From: Lutibacter sp.
Lineage (GTDB): Bacteria; Bacteroidota; Bacteroidia; Flavobacteriales; Flavobacteriaceae
Direction of reading: 5' to 3'
Length of the DNA stretch: 64,000 nt
NCBI RefSeq assembly: GCF_046055765.1
Contig: NZ_JASFZF010000040.1
Location: 16,536-80,535, forward strand
Position numbers and translations under genes: made by a program. Shown piece by piece: positions 46,210 to 55,992 of the stretch (positions are counted from its first letter, which is position 1; every line of letters begins with the position of its first letter). The notes below the pieces were generated by a model. It saw only the letters and a list, made by a program, of their open reading frames with translations, did not search any database and was not told the origin of the DNA.

Positions 46210-47028
46210 ATGGAATTAAAATTAGAAAAACCAATTGTATTTTTCGATTTAGAAACAACAGGTATTAATATTGCAAAAGATAGAATTGTTGAAATTTCAA
46301 TACTAAAAATATTTCCAAATGGAAATAAAGAAAGTAAAACTTGGTTGGTAAATCCAGAAATGGAAATACCAAAGGAATCTTCAGATATTCATGGAATTAC
46401 TAATGAAAAAGTTGTTGCAGAGCCAACTTTTAATGAACTAGCACTACAAGTAAGTGAACTTATTGAAGGTTGTGATTTGGCGGGTTTTAATTCAAATAGA
46501 TTTGATATTCCTTTGTTAGCAGAGGAAATGCTACGTGCTGAAGTTGATTTTGATATGAATGATAGAGTAGCAATTGATGTACAAGTTATTTTTCATAAAA
46601 AAGAAGAACGAACGTTGAGTGCAGGTTATAAATTTTATTGTGGTGAAAGTTTAGAAAATGCACATTCAGCAGAAGCTGATACATTGGCTACTTATGAAAT
46701 TTTGAAAGCACAATTAGATAAATATGAGGATTTAGAAAATAATGTAAATTTTTTAAATGAATATTCAACATTTAATAAAAGAGCCGATTTTGCAGGGTTT
46801 ATTCAATATAATAATGAAGATGATGAGATTTTCACGTTTGGAAAATATAAAAATCAAAGAGTAAAAGATGTTTTAAAGAAAGATAAAGGCTATTTTTCTT
46901 GGATTCAAAATGCTGATTTTCCTTTATATACAAAAAAAGTATTAAGTGAAATAAAAGAGAAAACATTTCCTAAAAAGAAAGAAACTACTTTAGATGATTT
47001 AAAAAATAAATTCAATCAAAAAATATAA
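46210..47028 (+). CDS. DnaQ-like (DEDDh) 3'-5' exonuclease with C-terminal extension
   Basis: Exo I FFDLETTG, Exo II GFNSNRFD and Exo III HSAEADT motifs. Confidence 0.8.
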   Translation: MELKLEKPIVFFDLETTGINIAKDRIVEISILKIFPNGNKESKTWLVNPEMEIPKESSDIHGITNEKVVAEPTFNELALQVSELIEGCDLAGFNSNRFDIPLLAEEMLRAEVDFDMNDRVAIDVQVIFHKKEERTLSAGYKFYCGESLENAHSAEADTLATYEILKAQLDKYEDLENNVNFLNEYSTFNKRADFAGFIQYNNEDDEIFTFGKYKNQRVKDVLKKDKGYFSWIQNADFPLYTKKVLSEIKEKTFPKKKETTLDDLKNKFNQKI

Positions 47029-47030
47029 AG

Positions 47031-47519
47031 ATGTTAGTGAATTTTGAGAGTTTAGAAAATTCTTCAAGAGTTTGGATATACCAATCTAATAGAGCGTTTT
47101 CTGAGAGTGAAGTTATTGAAATTAAAGATAAAACAGAAGAATTTATTGAAGATTGGTTAGGTCATGGAGATCAAATAAAAGCTTCATTTCAAATTAAATA
47201 CAATCAATTTATAATGATAGCGGTTGATCAAAATTATAATGAAGTTTCTGGTTGTTCAATTGATGCTTCGGTTAATTTTATAAAGGATATTGAAAAAGAA
47301 TTTCAGCTAGATTTAACTAATAAATTAAATATCTCATTCAAACATAAAGAGAATATAAACATCGTTAGTATGGCCAATTTTCAAAAATATGCCAAACAAC
47401 ATAAAATAACTTCTAAAACAGTGGTGTTTAACAATATGGTTTCAACCATTGGAGATTTATCTGAAAATTGGGAAGTAACAGCTGACAAAAGTTGGCACAA
47501 ACGATTTTTGGCACAATAA
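47031..47519 (+). CDS. conserved hypothetical protein, 162 aa
   Basis: Clean ORF starting 2 nt after the exonuclease stop. No recognisable motif. Confidence 0.55.
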   Translation: MLVNFESLENSSRVWIYQSNRAFSESEVIEIKDKTEEFIEDWLGHGDQIKASFQIKYNQFIMIAVDQNYNEVSGCSIDASVNFIKDIEKEFQLDLTNKLNISFKHKENINIVSMANFQKYAKQHKITSKTVVFNNMVSTIGDLSENWEVTADKSWHKRFLAQ

Positions 47520-47548
47520 TTCTATTTTTTTTCGAATTTAATTACACG

Positions 47549-50467
47549 ATGAAAAAAAATATACTTTTCATAGGTATTTTATTAACTAGTGTTTTTATGC
47601 AAGCACAAAAGTTCAATCCATTAATGGCTAGTGATTCATTAGCTCAAAATAAATGGGTAGATACTTTATTGAATAAGATGACTATTGATGAAAAAATTGG
47701 TCAATTATTTATGGTTCAAGCGTATTCAAATAAAAATGAAAAGCATAGTGATTTTATTGAAAATTTAATTAAAAAGTATCATATAGGCGGACTTATTTTT
47801 ATGCAGGGAACCCCTAAAAAACAAGCCCAATTAAATAATAAATACCAATCCATTTCTAAAATTCCTTTACTTATTGGTTTTGACGGTGAATGGGGTTTAG
47901 AGATGCGTTTAAAAAACACCTATCGTTTTCCTTGGAATATGACACTTGGTGCTATTAGAAATAACAAACTAATTGAAGATTTTGGTGAACAAATAGGGAA
48001 ACACTGTAAGCGATTAGGAATTCATATTAATTTTGCACCTGTTGTAGATATTAATACAAATCCTCAAAATCCAATAATTGGTAATCGTTCTTTTGGAGAA
48101 GGAAGAGAAAATGTTACCCAAAAAGCGTTGGCTTTTATAAAAGGAATGCAAAGTCAACATGTGTTAGCTTGTGCAAAGCATTTTCCTGGACATGGAGATA
48201 CTGCTACAGATTCTCATAAAATGTTACCTATACTAGATTTTAGTTTTGAAAGATTAGATTCTATTGAATTATATCCTTATAAACAATTATGCAATAGTGA
48301 TTTAGCAAGTGTAATGGTTGCTCATTTAAGTATTAAAGCACTAGAGCCTAATGAAGAATTGCCAACGTCATTTTCATATAAAGTAGTTACAAAATTATTA
48401 AAAGAACAATTAAATTTTAAAGGTTTAATACTAACGGACGCTTTAAATATGAAGGGAGTTGCAAATTTTGCAAAACCTGGAGATATAGAATTAGCTGCTT
48501 TATTGGCTGGAAACGATATGTTATTAATACCTGAAGATGTTCCTGTAGCAATTGGTAAAATTAAAAATGCATTAGAGGAAGATGTTATTTCTGAAGAAAG
48601 ATTAAATTTTTCAGTTCGAAAAATATTAAAAGCAAAATATTGGGCTGGTTTAAATGAATTTAAATTAGTGGATTTGGAAAATTTACAGGAAGATTTAAAC
48701 TCAATTTCTGATGAGTTACTACATCGTAAATTGGTTGAAAACTCGATAACATTATTAAAAAATGAATCATTAGTATTTCCAATTCAAAATTTAGATAAAA
48801 AGAAAATAGCATACGTAAAATTGGGTGATGCTAAGAATAATGAGTTTATAAGTATGCTAAAAAACTATACGAATGTTGATGTAGTTTCTAGTAAAAATTT
48901 AAACGAATTAATTACAAAATTAATACCGTATAATTTCGTAATTGTAGGTTATCATTCATCTAATTTAAGTCCGTGGAAAGACTATAAATTTAAAGATAAA
49001 GAATTGGTTTGGTTGCAAGAAATTGCAAGAACCAATACTGTGATTTTAGATATTTTTGCAAGTCCGTATAGTTTGCTACAACTTAAAACCTTTGAAAATA
49101 TAAACGGACTATTACTTTCATACCAGAACAGTAAAATTTCACAAGAAATTTCTGCTCAAATGATTTTTGGAGCATTAGAAACTAAAGGAAAGCTCCCCGT
49201 TTCAATTAAAAATATATTTTCTAAAGGACACGGCTTAATGTCAACTTCATTAAAACGTTTGGCATATTCTGTACCTGAAGATGTTGGCTTAAGTAGTCGA
49301 AAATTGAGTAAAATAGATTCTATTGCTAAAATTATTCTGAAAGAAAAAATGGCTCCTGGCTTACAAGTGTTGGTTGCAAGAAAAGGCAAAATAGTTTATC
49401 AAAAAGAGTTTGGTTATCATACAAGTAAAAAGGAAGTAGCTGTAAGCAGTAATGATATTTATGATATTGCTTCATTAACTAAAATATTAGCTACATTACC
49501 TCTAATTATGGAGTTAGAAGAAAAAGGAGCTTTGAAATTAGAAAGTGCTTTAGGGAGTTTATTACCAAAATTCAAAAATACGAATAAAGATACATTAACT
49601 GTGAAGGAAATATTATCTCATTATGGTAGATTAAAATCTTGGATTCCATTTTATTTATACACATTAGATAGTGTAACCCAACAACCTTCTATTGAATTTT
49701 ATAGAGAAAAAAAATCAGATGATTTTAGTATTAAAATTGCAGATAACTTATTTTTAAGAAGTGATTATACAACTATAATGATGGATAGTATTATAAGTGC
49801 TAAACAACGATTAAGAATTGGTTATAAATATAGCGATTTACCATTTTATATTTTTAAGGATTTTATTGAAAATTATTACCATAAAGATTTAAATAAACTT
49901 ACTCAACAGCATTTTTATAATTCATTGGGAGCAAATAAAACTACTTATTTACCATTAAATAAATTTTCTAAAAAAAGTATTGTGCCAACAGAGAATGATT
50001 ATTATTATAGAAGCCAATTAGTTCATGGGTATGTGCATGATATGGGAGCAGCAATGCAAGGTGGTATTGGTGGACATGCAGGTTTATTTTCAAATACCAA
50101 TGATATTGCCAAAATTATGCAGTTGTTTTTACAAAAGGGTTATTATGGAGGTAAACGTTATTTTCAATCAAAAACCATGGATAAATTTAATCATAGATAC
50201 TATGCAAATAATAAGGTGAGGAAAGGCATTGGTTTTGATAAACCTCAATTGCGTGAGAGAGAAAAAGCGACTTGTGGCTGTGTTTCTGACAAAAGTTTTG
50301 GGCATAGTGGCTTTACGGGTACTTATGCTTGGGCAGACCCAGAAACAGAAATTATTTATGTTTTTTTATCAAATAGAGTGTACCCAACAATGAATAATAA
50401 AGGTTTAATAAAGTATAATATAAGAACTCAAATACAGCAGTTTATTCAAGATGCAATTATAGATTAA
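47549..50467 (+). CDS. secreted fusion protein: GH3 (NagZ-like beta-N-acetylhexosaminidase) domain + serine hydrolase (class C beta-lactamase/PBP-like) domain
   Basis: Signal peptide MKKNILFIGILLTSVFMQAQ. GH3 block KHFPGHGDTATDSH. C-terminal S-x-x-K (ASLTK) and FGHSGFTGT blocks. The track start 47492 overlaps the previous gene. Confidence 0.8.
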   Translation: MKKNILFIGILLTSVFMQAQKFNPLMASDSLAQNKWVDTLLNKMTIDEKIGQLFMVQAYSNKNEKHSDFIENLIKKYHIGGLIFMQGTPKKQAQLNNKYQSISKIPLLIGFDGEWGLEMRLKNTYRFPWNMTLGAIRNNKLIEDFGEQIGKHCKRLGIHINFAPVVDINTNPQNPIIGNRSFGEGRENVTQKALAFIKGMQSQHVLACAKHFPGHGDTATDSHKMLPILDFSFERLDSIELYPYKQLCNSDLASVMVAHLSIKALEPNEELPTSFSYKVVTKLLKEQLNFKGLILTDALNMKGVANFAKPGDIELAALLAGNDMLLIPEDVPVAIGKIKNALEEDVISEERLNFSVRKILKAKYWAGLNEFKLVDLENLQEDLNSISDELLHRKLVENSITLLKNESLVFPIQNLDKKKIAYVKLGDAKNNEFISMLKNYTNVDVVSSKNLNELITKLIPYNFVIVGYHSSNLSPWKDYKFKDKELVWLQEIARTNTVILDIFASPYSLLQLKTFENINGLLLSYQNSKISQEISAQMIFGALETKGKLPVSIKNIFSKGHGLMSTSLKRLAYSVPEDVGLSSRKLSKIDSIAKIILKEKMAPGLQVLVARKGKIVYQKEFGYHTSKKEVAVSSNDIYDIASLTKILATLPLIMELEEKGALKLESALGSLLPKFKNTNKDTLTVKEILSHYGRLKSWIPFYLYTLDSVTQQPSIEFYREKKSDDFSIKIADNLFLRSDYTTIMMDSIISAKQRLRIGYKYSDLPFYIFKDFIENYYHKDLNKLTQQHFYNSLGANKTTYLPLNKFSKKSIVPTENDYYYRSQLVHGYVHDMGAAMQGGIGGHAGLFSNTNDIAKIMQLFLQKGYYGGKRYFQSKTMDKFNHRYYANNKVRKGIGFDKPQLREREKATCGCVSDKSFGHSGFTGTYAWADPETEIIYVFLSNRVYPTMNNKGLIKYNIRTQIQQFIQDAIID

Positions 50468-51509
50468 CTGCCATTGTTTTGGTCGTTATAATTCCTAAAA
50501 TAATACTACTTACCAAATAAATTAAAGCATAATTTATATTAAAAAAATAGAATATTAATACCGATTGAATTACATAAAATAGAGGAAAAATAGTTATAAT
50601 TAAAGCAAATCTAAAAGTATTAGTGAAAACAACATCTGTTATAGTTGATTTTAAATATTTCCATACCAACAAAGGGAATACACTATTAATCTTCGCTAAT
50701 AAATGAATAGGGGTAAACCAGTTTATTTGTTGTTTTTTAATGATTGCTTTTGCGGATTGGACTTTAATATTTTTAGCTAATTTGTTAGTTTTTATAGGAT
50801 TGGTATAATCTACATTTAAATTTTCTAATTTTTGAATAATTTCATTGTAATTTTCATCGTTTTCAATATGAAGTGTAAGTTTTTTTAATGCTGAAGAAAC
50901 CTCATTAATAATAGCCTTAAATCGAAGATCTGGGTTCTCAATATTAATAAAATTATTGGCTAAAATGGGTTTACCATAGTGTATTGAAACGCTACTTGGG
51001 AAATTTAAGTGTGAATTATAATTTAAACCAATTGGCACAATTTGAATTTCAAGTGTTGGGTGTTTTTTAAGTGTTCCTAAAATAATACGAGCAAATCCTT
51101 TTTTTAATGGACGAATTTGGCGTTTTAAATCATGATTTCCTTCAGCAAAAACTTCAATAGCACCTTCATTATTTAAGATTTTAAAGCATTGTTCAAAAAT
51201 TGTTAAATTCCTTTCAATTGTACTAATTCCATCTCTAATTCTATAAACAGGAATCATATTTAGTGACTCTAAAAATTTAGAAATTAGTTTAGTTGAAAAT
51301 GCACTTGCGCGTGTTAAAAAGTGAATTTCTCTTTTAGTACTTATAGGAATTAAAATAGCGTCAATAAGCGCATTTTGGTGATTTCCAATAAATAATATTG
51401 CACCTTTTTTAGGAATATTTTCTTTGCCAACAACCGTTATTTTTTTATGTAAAAAAAACAATCCAACTTTTAAATAAGCCCTCATTATGTAATACCAAAG
51501 GCTTTTCAT
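50457..51509 (-). CDS. lysophospholipid (PlsC-like) acyltransferase with C-terminal membrane domain
   Basis: H-x4-D motif GNHQNALIDA and FAEGNH. The C-terminal ~90 aa are hydrophobic. Confidence 0.65.
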   Translation of the reverse strand: MKSLWYYIMRAYLKVGLFFLHKKITVVGKENIPKKGAILFIGNHQNALIDAILIPISTKREIHFLTRASAFSTKLISKFLESLNMIPVYRIRDGISTIERNLTIFEQCFKILNNEGAIEVFAEGNHDLKRQIRPLKKGFARIILGTLKKHPTLEIQIVPIGLNYNSHLNFPSSVSIHYGKPILANNFINIENPDLRFKAIINEVSSALKKLTLHIENDENYNEIIQKLENLNVDYTNPIKTNKLAKNIKVQSAKAIIKKQQINWFTPIHLLAKINSVFPLLVWKYLKSTITDVVFTNTFRFALIITIFPLFYVIQSVLIFYFFNINYALIYLVSSIILGIITTKTMAVNL

Positions 51510-52415
51510 TTATTTAGTTGTTTTTTGTTTTGACCAATAAGTTGCCAATGCTAAACCAGAAAATATATCCCAAATTGCCCAAAAAGCAACTAATAATGCC
51601 ATACCGCCAAGCCCATTAAAGAAACTAAAAATTAATAATAAACCCAAGCCAGAATTTTGAATTCCAGTTTCTATAGATAATGTTTTTTGATTTTTAAATG
51701 ATAATTTCATTGCTTTTGCAAAATAAAACCCTGTAAGTAACGCTAAAATATTATGTGCAATGACTAAAATTAAAACATAGTGAATATAGTTTATGAAAAT
51801 ATCAAAATTATCATAAAAAGCGATTACAATAAATAACATAAAAATGATTAATGAAATTGGTTTCAATATTTTTGATAATTTAGCAGCTAAATCAGATTTG
51901 TATTTTCGAACTAGCATTCCAATAATAAGAGGAACACCTAAAATTAGTGTTACTAACTTCATTAATTCAAAAGGATCTAATTCTATAGTTTGAAGAATTT
52001 TAGCTGTTGGTGCATACAAATTTCCCCAAATTTCTAAGTTAAGAGGAGTCATTATTACAGAAATTAATGTAGCAAAAGCGGTTAAACTAACTGATAAAGC
52101 TGCATTTCCTTTAGCCATTTGTGTCATGAAATTAGAAATGTTTCCACCGGGGCAAGCAGCAACCATCATCATTCCTAATGCAATACTTGGCATTGGATTT
52201 ACTAATTTTATAAAAATAAAAGTAACAAATGGAAGTAGGAAGAATTGAGAAATAACGCCTGTTAATAAAATTTTAGGAGATTTAAATAGTCGTTTAAAAT
52301 CATCTAGAGTAATTCCAAGCGCAACACCAAACATAATAAGTGCTAGTGTAATGTTTAAAACCCATAAACCTTCAGTATCAAAATTTATTTTAAGAGAATC
52401 TAAGTTTTCCTGCAT
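51510..52415 (-). CDS. bile acid:sodium symporter (BASS) family transporter
   Basis: About 10 TM helices with the VAACPGGNISNF signature. Confidence 0.7.
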   Translation of the reverse strand: MQENLDSLKINFDTEGLWVLNITLALIMFGVALGITLDDFKRLFKSPKILLTGVISQFFLLPFVTFIFIKLVNPMPSIALGMMMVAACPGGNISNFMTQMAKGNAALSVSLTAFATLISVIMTPLNLEIWGNLYAPTAKILQTIELDPFELMKLVTLILGVPLIIGMLVRKYKSDLAAKLSKILKPISLIIFMLFIVIAFYDNFDIFINYIHYVLILVIAHNILALLTGFYFAKAMKLSFKNQKTLSIETGIQNSGLGLLLIFSFFNGLGGMALLVAFWAIWDIFSGLALATYWSKQKTTK

Positions 52416-52416
52416 A

Positions 52417-53109
52417 TTAGTTTTTAAAAGCGTATTCTACAATATTAGCACCCATTTTTAGTGCTTTTTCACGAATTTCAAAGCTGTCGTTATGTATTTC
52501 TTCATCTTCCCAACCATCACTTAAATCGGCTTCATAATCATAAAAGCAAACCAATCTATCTTTATAAAATAAACCAAATCCTTGCGGAGGTTTACCATTG
52601 TGTTCATGAATTTTGGGAATTCCATTTTCAAAATTAAATGTTTGGTGAAATATAGGATTATTATATGGAATTTCTTGAAATTCTTGACTTGGAAACACTT
52701 TTTTTAATTCTCTCCTAATATAAGTATCTAACCCATAATTATCAGAAATGTGTAAAAAGCCTCCAGATTGTAGGTAGTTTTTTAAGTTTTTAGTATCATT
52801 ATCAGAAAATAATACATTTCCGTGCCCAGTCATAAATAGTATTGGGTAATTAAAAATATCTAAACTACTTACTTCAACAGTTTCAGGGTTCGTTTTTAAA
52901 GAAGTGTTAATATTGTTGTTACAAAAAGTTATTAGATTTGGTACTGCAGTTGGGTTTGCATACCAATCACCTCCTCCGTTATATTTTAAAATTGCAATTT
53001 GCTGTGCTGAAATATTAGAAAAAGAAAAAAGAAAAAAGAAAAAAGAAAAGAGAATTATCTTTAAATTAAGGTTGTAAGTTTTAAAGTGTAATTGTAAAAG
53101 TTCCCTCAT
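52417..53109 (-). CDS. DUF4159 domain protein (secreted)
   Basis: Phe-rich signal peptide followed by LKYNGGGDWYANPT... The family was recalled from memory. Confidence 0.5.
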   Translation of the reverse strand: MRELLQLHFKTYNLNLKIILFSFFFFLFSFSNISAQQIAILKYNGGGDWYANPTAVPNLITFCNNNINTSLKTNPETVEVSSLDIFNYPILFMTGHGNVLFSDNDTKNLKNYLQSGGFLHISDNYGLDTYIRRELKKVFPSQEFQEIPYNNPIFHQTFNFENGIPKIHEHNGKPPQGFGLFYKDRLVCFYDYEADLSDGWEDEEIHNDSFEIREKALKMGANIVEYAFKN

Positions 53110-53113
53110 TTAT

Positions 53114-53821
53114 TTATTCATTTGTAAAAGAAACGCTGTGAACTGCAACAATACCTGCAGTTTCTGTTCGTAAACGGCTTTCTCCCAAAGATACAGGAAT
53201 AAAGTTATGTTCCAAACTTTGTTGAATTTCTTTGATTGAAAAATCACCTTCTGGACCAATCAAAATGGTAGTTTTAAGCTGTGGTTTTAATGCTAATTTT
53301 AATGATTTTTTAGTTGTTTCTTCACAGTGAGCAATAAATAATTGTCCTTCAAAATTCGAATTGATAAATTGGTTAAATGTTTTTGATTCATTTAATTTTG
53401 GGAAGTGATATTTTAAAGATTGTTTTGCAGCTGAATGAATTATTTTCTCTAATCTTTCTGGTTTAACTACCTTTCTTTCAGAATGTTCACAAATTATTGG
53501 TGTAATTTCATCAATACCTATTTCAGTTGCTTTTTCTAAAAACCATTCAAACCTATCATTTAATTTTGTAGGTGCAATTGCCATGTGTAAATAATAATTC
53601 CAAGGCTTTTCAAAATTGTTTATTTCAGTAATTTGAACCAAACATTTTTTATCATTTGCTATTACAATCTCTGAAGTAAATAAGTATCCAAAACCATTGG
53701 TAATAAAAATTGTATCACCTTCGGTTTTTCTTAAAACACGAACAATATGTCTGCTTTCAGTTTTATTAAAAGTAAATTGTTGGGTTTTGGTTGATATTTC
53801 TGAATTGTAAAATAATTGCAT
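53114..53821 (-). CDS. rsmE: 16S rRNA (uracil1498-N3)-methyltransferase
   Basis: PUA-like N-terminus (HI.RVLR...GD) and the SPOUT knot region LIGPEGDFS..E. Confidence 0.85.
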   Translation of the reverse strand: MQLFYNSEISTKTQQFTFNKTESRHIVRVLRKTEGDTIFITNGFGYLFTSEIVIANDKKCLVQITEINNFEKPWNYYLHMAIAPTKLNDRFEWFLEKATEIGIDEITPIICEHSERKVVKPERLEKIIHSAAKQSLKYHFPKLNESKTFNQFINSNFEGQLFIAHCEETTKKSLKLALKPQLKTTILIGPEGDFSIKEIQQSLEHNFIPVSLGESRLRTETAGIVAVHSVSFTNE

Positions 53822-54940
53822 TTAAATAACTTTTTTATAAGTACAACGTTTTTTAAAAGTTTCTGGAGCAAAATTTCTCCAAAGAGCAGCAATAGGCTTA
53901 TTGCTTGTCAGCTCAGGAGTTCTAATGCAATTTTCTATACCATTTAGTTTGCAAGAAATTTGCAATTCAAGAAATAATAATGCGTGAATACCTTTGCCTT
54001 GATGTTTTGGATGTATGCCAATTAAATAAAGAAGTACGTCTTTATTTTTTCTTTTTGCTTTTAATAAGTGGAATAAACCAATAGGTACTAATTTCCCTTT
54101 TGCTTTTTGTAATGCTTTTGAAAATGAGGGCATAATTATGGCAAAAGCTATAATATTGTCATCCTTATCTAGTACAAATTTTATATACTCAGGATTTATA
54201 AAACTGATATATTTCTTTTTGAAATAGGCTTTTTCAATGTTAGAAATTGGTACAAATGAAGGTAGTGAAGCATAACTTTCGTTAAACAAATCAAACATTT
54301 CATCTACATAAGGCATTATGTCTTTTGTTTTTGTGAAATTAAGTGATTTAACGTTATAACGTTTTTTTATAATGTTACTAATCCTTTCAAGTGGCGCACG
54401 TTTAACATTTTTAAAAGCAAATTTATTTTCTAAGTATTCTTTTTCAACTGTAAAACCTAATTTTTTAAAGTGATCTTTATAATAAGCGTGGTTGTACCAA
54501 GTTATCATGGTTCCAATATGGTCAAATCCTTCTGTTAAAACGCCTACTTTATCTAGATTTGAAAAGCCTACAGGACCTTCCATAAATTTTAAATTGTTTT
54601 GAATTCCAATTTCTTCAACTTTATTAAGTAGTATTTTTGAAACTTCAAGATCATCAATAAAATCGAACCAACCGAAACGCATTTTTTTTAACTCTTGTTG
54701 GTTTATTTCAGTATAATTAATTATAGCTACAATACGCCCAACAATTTCATTGTTTTTTTTAGCAATAAAAAATCGTGCTTCTGCATGTTCAAAAACTGGA
54801 TTTATTTTTTTATCAAATGAATCTAATTCATCATTAATAATTGGTGGTACCCAATATGGATTGTTTTCATATAATTTAAAAGGAAACTTAACAAAAGCTT
54901 TCATCTCCTTTTTGGTTATCATTTCTTGAAGTGTAATCAT
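53822..54940 (-). CDS. GNAT-like N-acyltransferase, 372 aa, unknown substrate
   Basis: C-terminal motif-A-like IGIHPKHQGKGIHALL with a long N-terminal extension. There is zero gap to rsmE. Confidence 0.55.
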   Translation of the reverse strand: MITLQEMITKKEMKAFVKFPFKLYENNPYWVPPIINDELDSFDKKINPVFEHAEARFFIAKKNNEIVGRIVAIINYTEINQQELKKMRFGWFDFIDDLEVSKILLNKVEEIGIQNNLKFMEGPVGFSNLDKVGVLTEGFDHIGTMITWYNHAYYKDHFKKLGFTVEKEYLENKFAFKNVKRAPLERISNIIKKRYNVKSLNFTKTKDIMPYVDEMFDLFNESYASLPSFVPISNIEKAYFKKKYISFINPEYIKFVLDKDDNIIAFAIIMPSFSKALQKAKGKLVPIGLFHLLKAKRKNKDVLLYLIGIHPKHQGKGIHALLFLELQISCKLNGIENCIRTPELTSNKPIAALWRNFAPETFKKRCTYKKVI

Positions 54941-54944
54941 AAAA

Positions 54945-55892
54945 TTAATTTCGTTTATTCTTCTTTTTAAGTATTCTTGAAAAGAAATTTCCTTTTTTAC
55001 GTTTTTTACTAAGCCGAGCTCTTGGTGATTTTTTGATAATTACTTCATCAGAATGTCTATCTAATCTCCAAGCAGCACCTATAGATGAGTAAAGAAAAGA
55101 ATAATCATCAAAAAAATTAGTTCTTACTGAAGCGTCTAACTGTAAATTTTGTGATAACAAATATGCTATTCCAGTTCCAAAATGAAATTTAGGAGTATAG
55201 TGTTTTTCAAATATCCCTTGGTTTTCAATAAAATAAGACCATTTATAGTTTAAGGCATAGGTCATAGTGGCAATATATGAATATTCATTGGAGTTGGATA
55301 AAATTTTATTTGCAATTAAGTTAGTTAATAAAACTAGGCGGTCGGAAAAATCGTTTTGTAATAAAATTGCGCCTTTTAGTGTAAGTTCATTTTCTTTAAA
55401 ACCATCACCTAAAAAGTTAGTATTAACTCCAACAAAAGCACCAACCGAAGGGATTAATCTTTTTTTATCAAATGCCATCCTACGTTTCCAACTTCTAATT
55501 TCTTTTGATTTATCAGTGTATTTTTGCTCGTAAAATAAGTATTTAGCACCAATTGTAAGTTCACTAATACCACTAATATTAGTGATGGCTTCAGAAGGAT
55601 TATTTAAAATCTCATCTTTTTGATAGGCAACTTTAGCATTAATTTCAAGTTTGTCAAGAAATTTTCCATATCTAAAAAATAATTCTCCACCAATTGAATT
55701 TGGTTTTGCATATAATACTTTATTATTACTCGTTCTATAAAATACACCAGTTTCAAATTGGAGAACATCTGTTCCAACACTGTATGGGCTTTCAGAAAAA
55801 CCAGGCCGTTTAGAATTGATAATTTCTGTATATTGGGCATTAATTATTGGGGCATAGTTAAAAATAAATAATAGTAATAAAACTCGCTTCAT
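54945..55892 (-). CDS. outer-membrane beta-barrel protein (MetA/phenol-degradation-like transporter family suspected) with basic C-terminal tail
   Basis: Signal peptide MKRVLLLLFIFNYAPIINAQ and alternating beta-strand pattern, followed by ...KKSPRARLSKKRKKGNFFSRILKKKNKRN. Confidence 0.45.
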   Translation of the reverse strand: MKRVLLLLFIFNYAPIINAQYTEIINSKRPGFSESPYSVGTDVLQFETGVFYRTSNNKVLYAKPNSIGGELFFRYGKFLDKLEINAKVAYQKDEILNNPSEAITNISGISELTIGAKYLFYEQKYTDKSKEIRSWKRRMAFDKKRLIPSVGAFVGVNTNFLGDGFKENELTLKGAILLQNDFSDRLVLLTNLIANKILSNSNEYSYIATMTYALNYKWSYFIENQGIFEKHYTPKFHFGTGIAYLLSQNLQLDASVRTNFFDDYSFLYSSIGAAWRLDRHSDEVIIKKSPRARLSKKRKKGNFFSRILKKKNKRN

Positions 55893-55913
55893 AGTTTATG
55901 ATTGATTATGTGT

Positions 55914-55921
55914 CAAATATA
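55914..55921 (-). promoter_or_regulatory. candidate -7 box (TATATTTG on minus strand) for the six-gene operon 55892..50457
   Basis: CAAATATA on the + strand, 21 nt upstream of ATG 55892. Confidence 0.45.
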
Positions 55922-55962
55922 AGATTTTATATAATTAAACGTTTTAGTTACGGGCAAATTGT

Positions 55963-55970
55963 TATTTTTG
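55963..55970 (+). promoter_or_regulatory. candidate -7 box (TATTTTTG) for DUF4834-yfhO
   Basis: TAnnTTTG match, 22 nt upstream of ATG 55993. Confidence 0.45.
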
Positions 55971-55992
55971 AAAAATATAAAAACTTTATTAA

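Noticed and set aside
53018-53052. (GAAAAAA)x3 heptamer repeat with imperfect flanks, in the DUF4159 gene
   Set aside because: It encodes the Phe-rich hydrophobic core of the signal peptide (FFFFLFSFS). Three copies is marginal for slippage, and poly-A/T-rich repeats are expected in this base composition.
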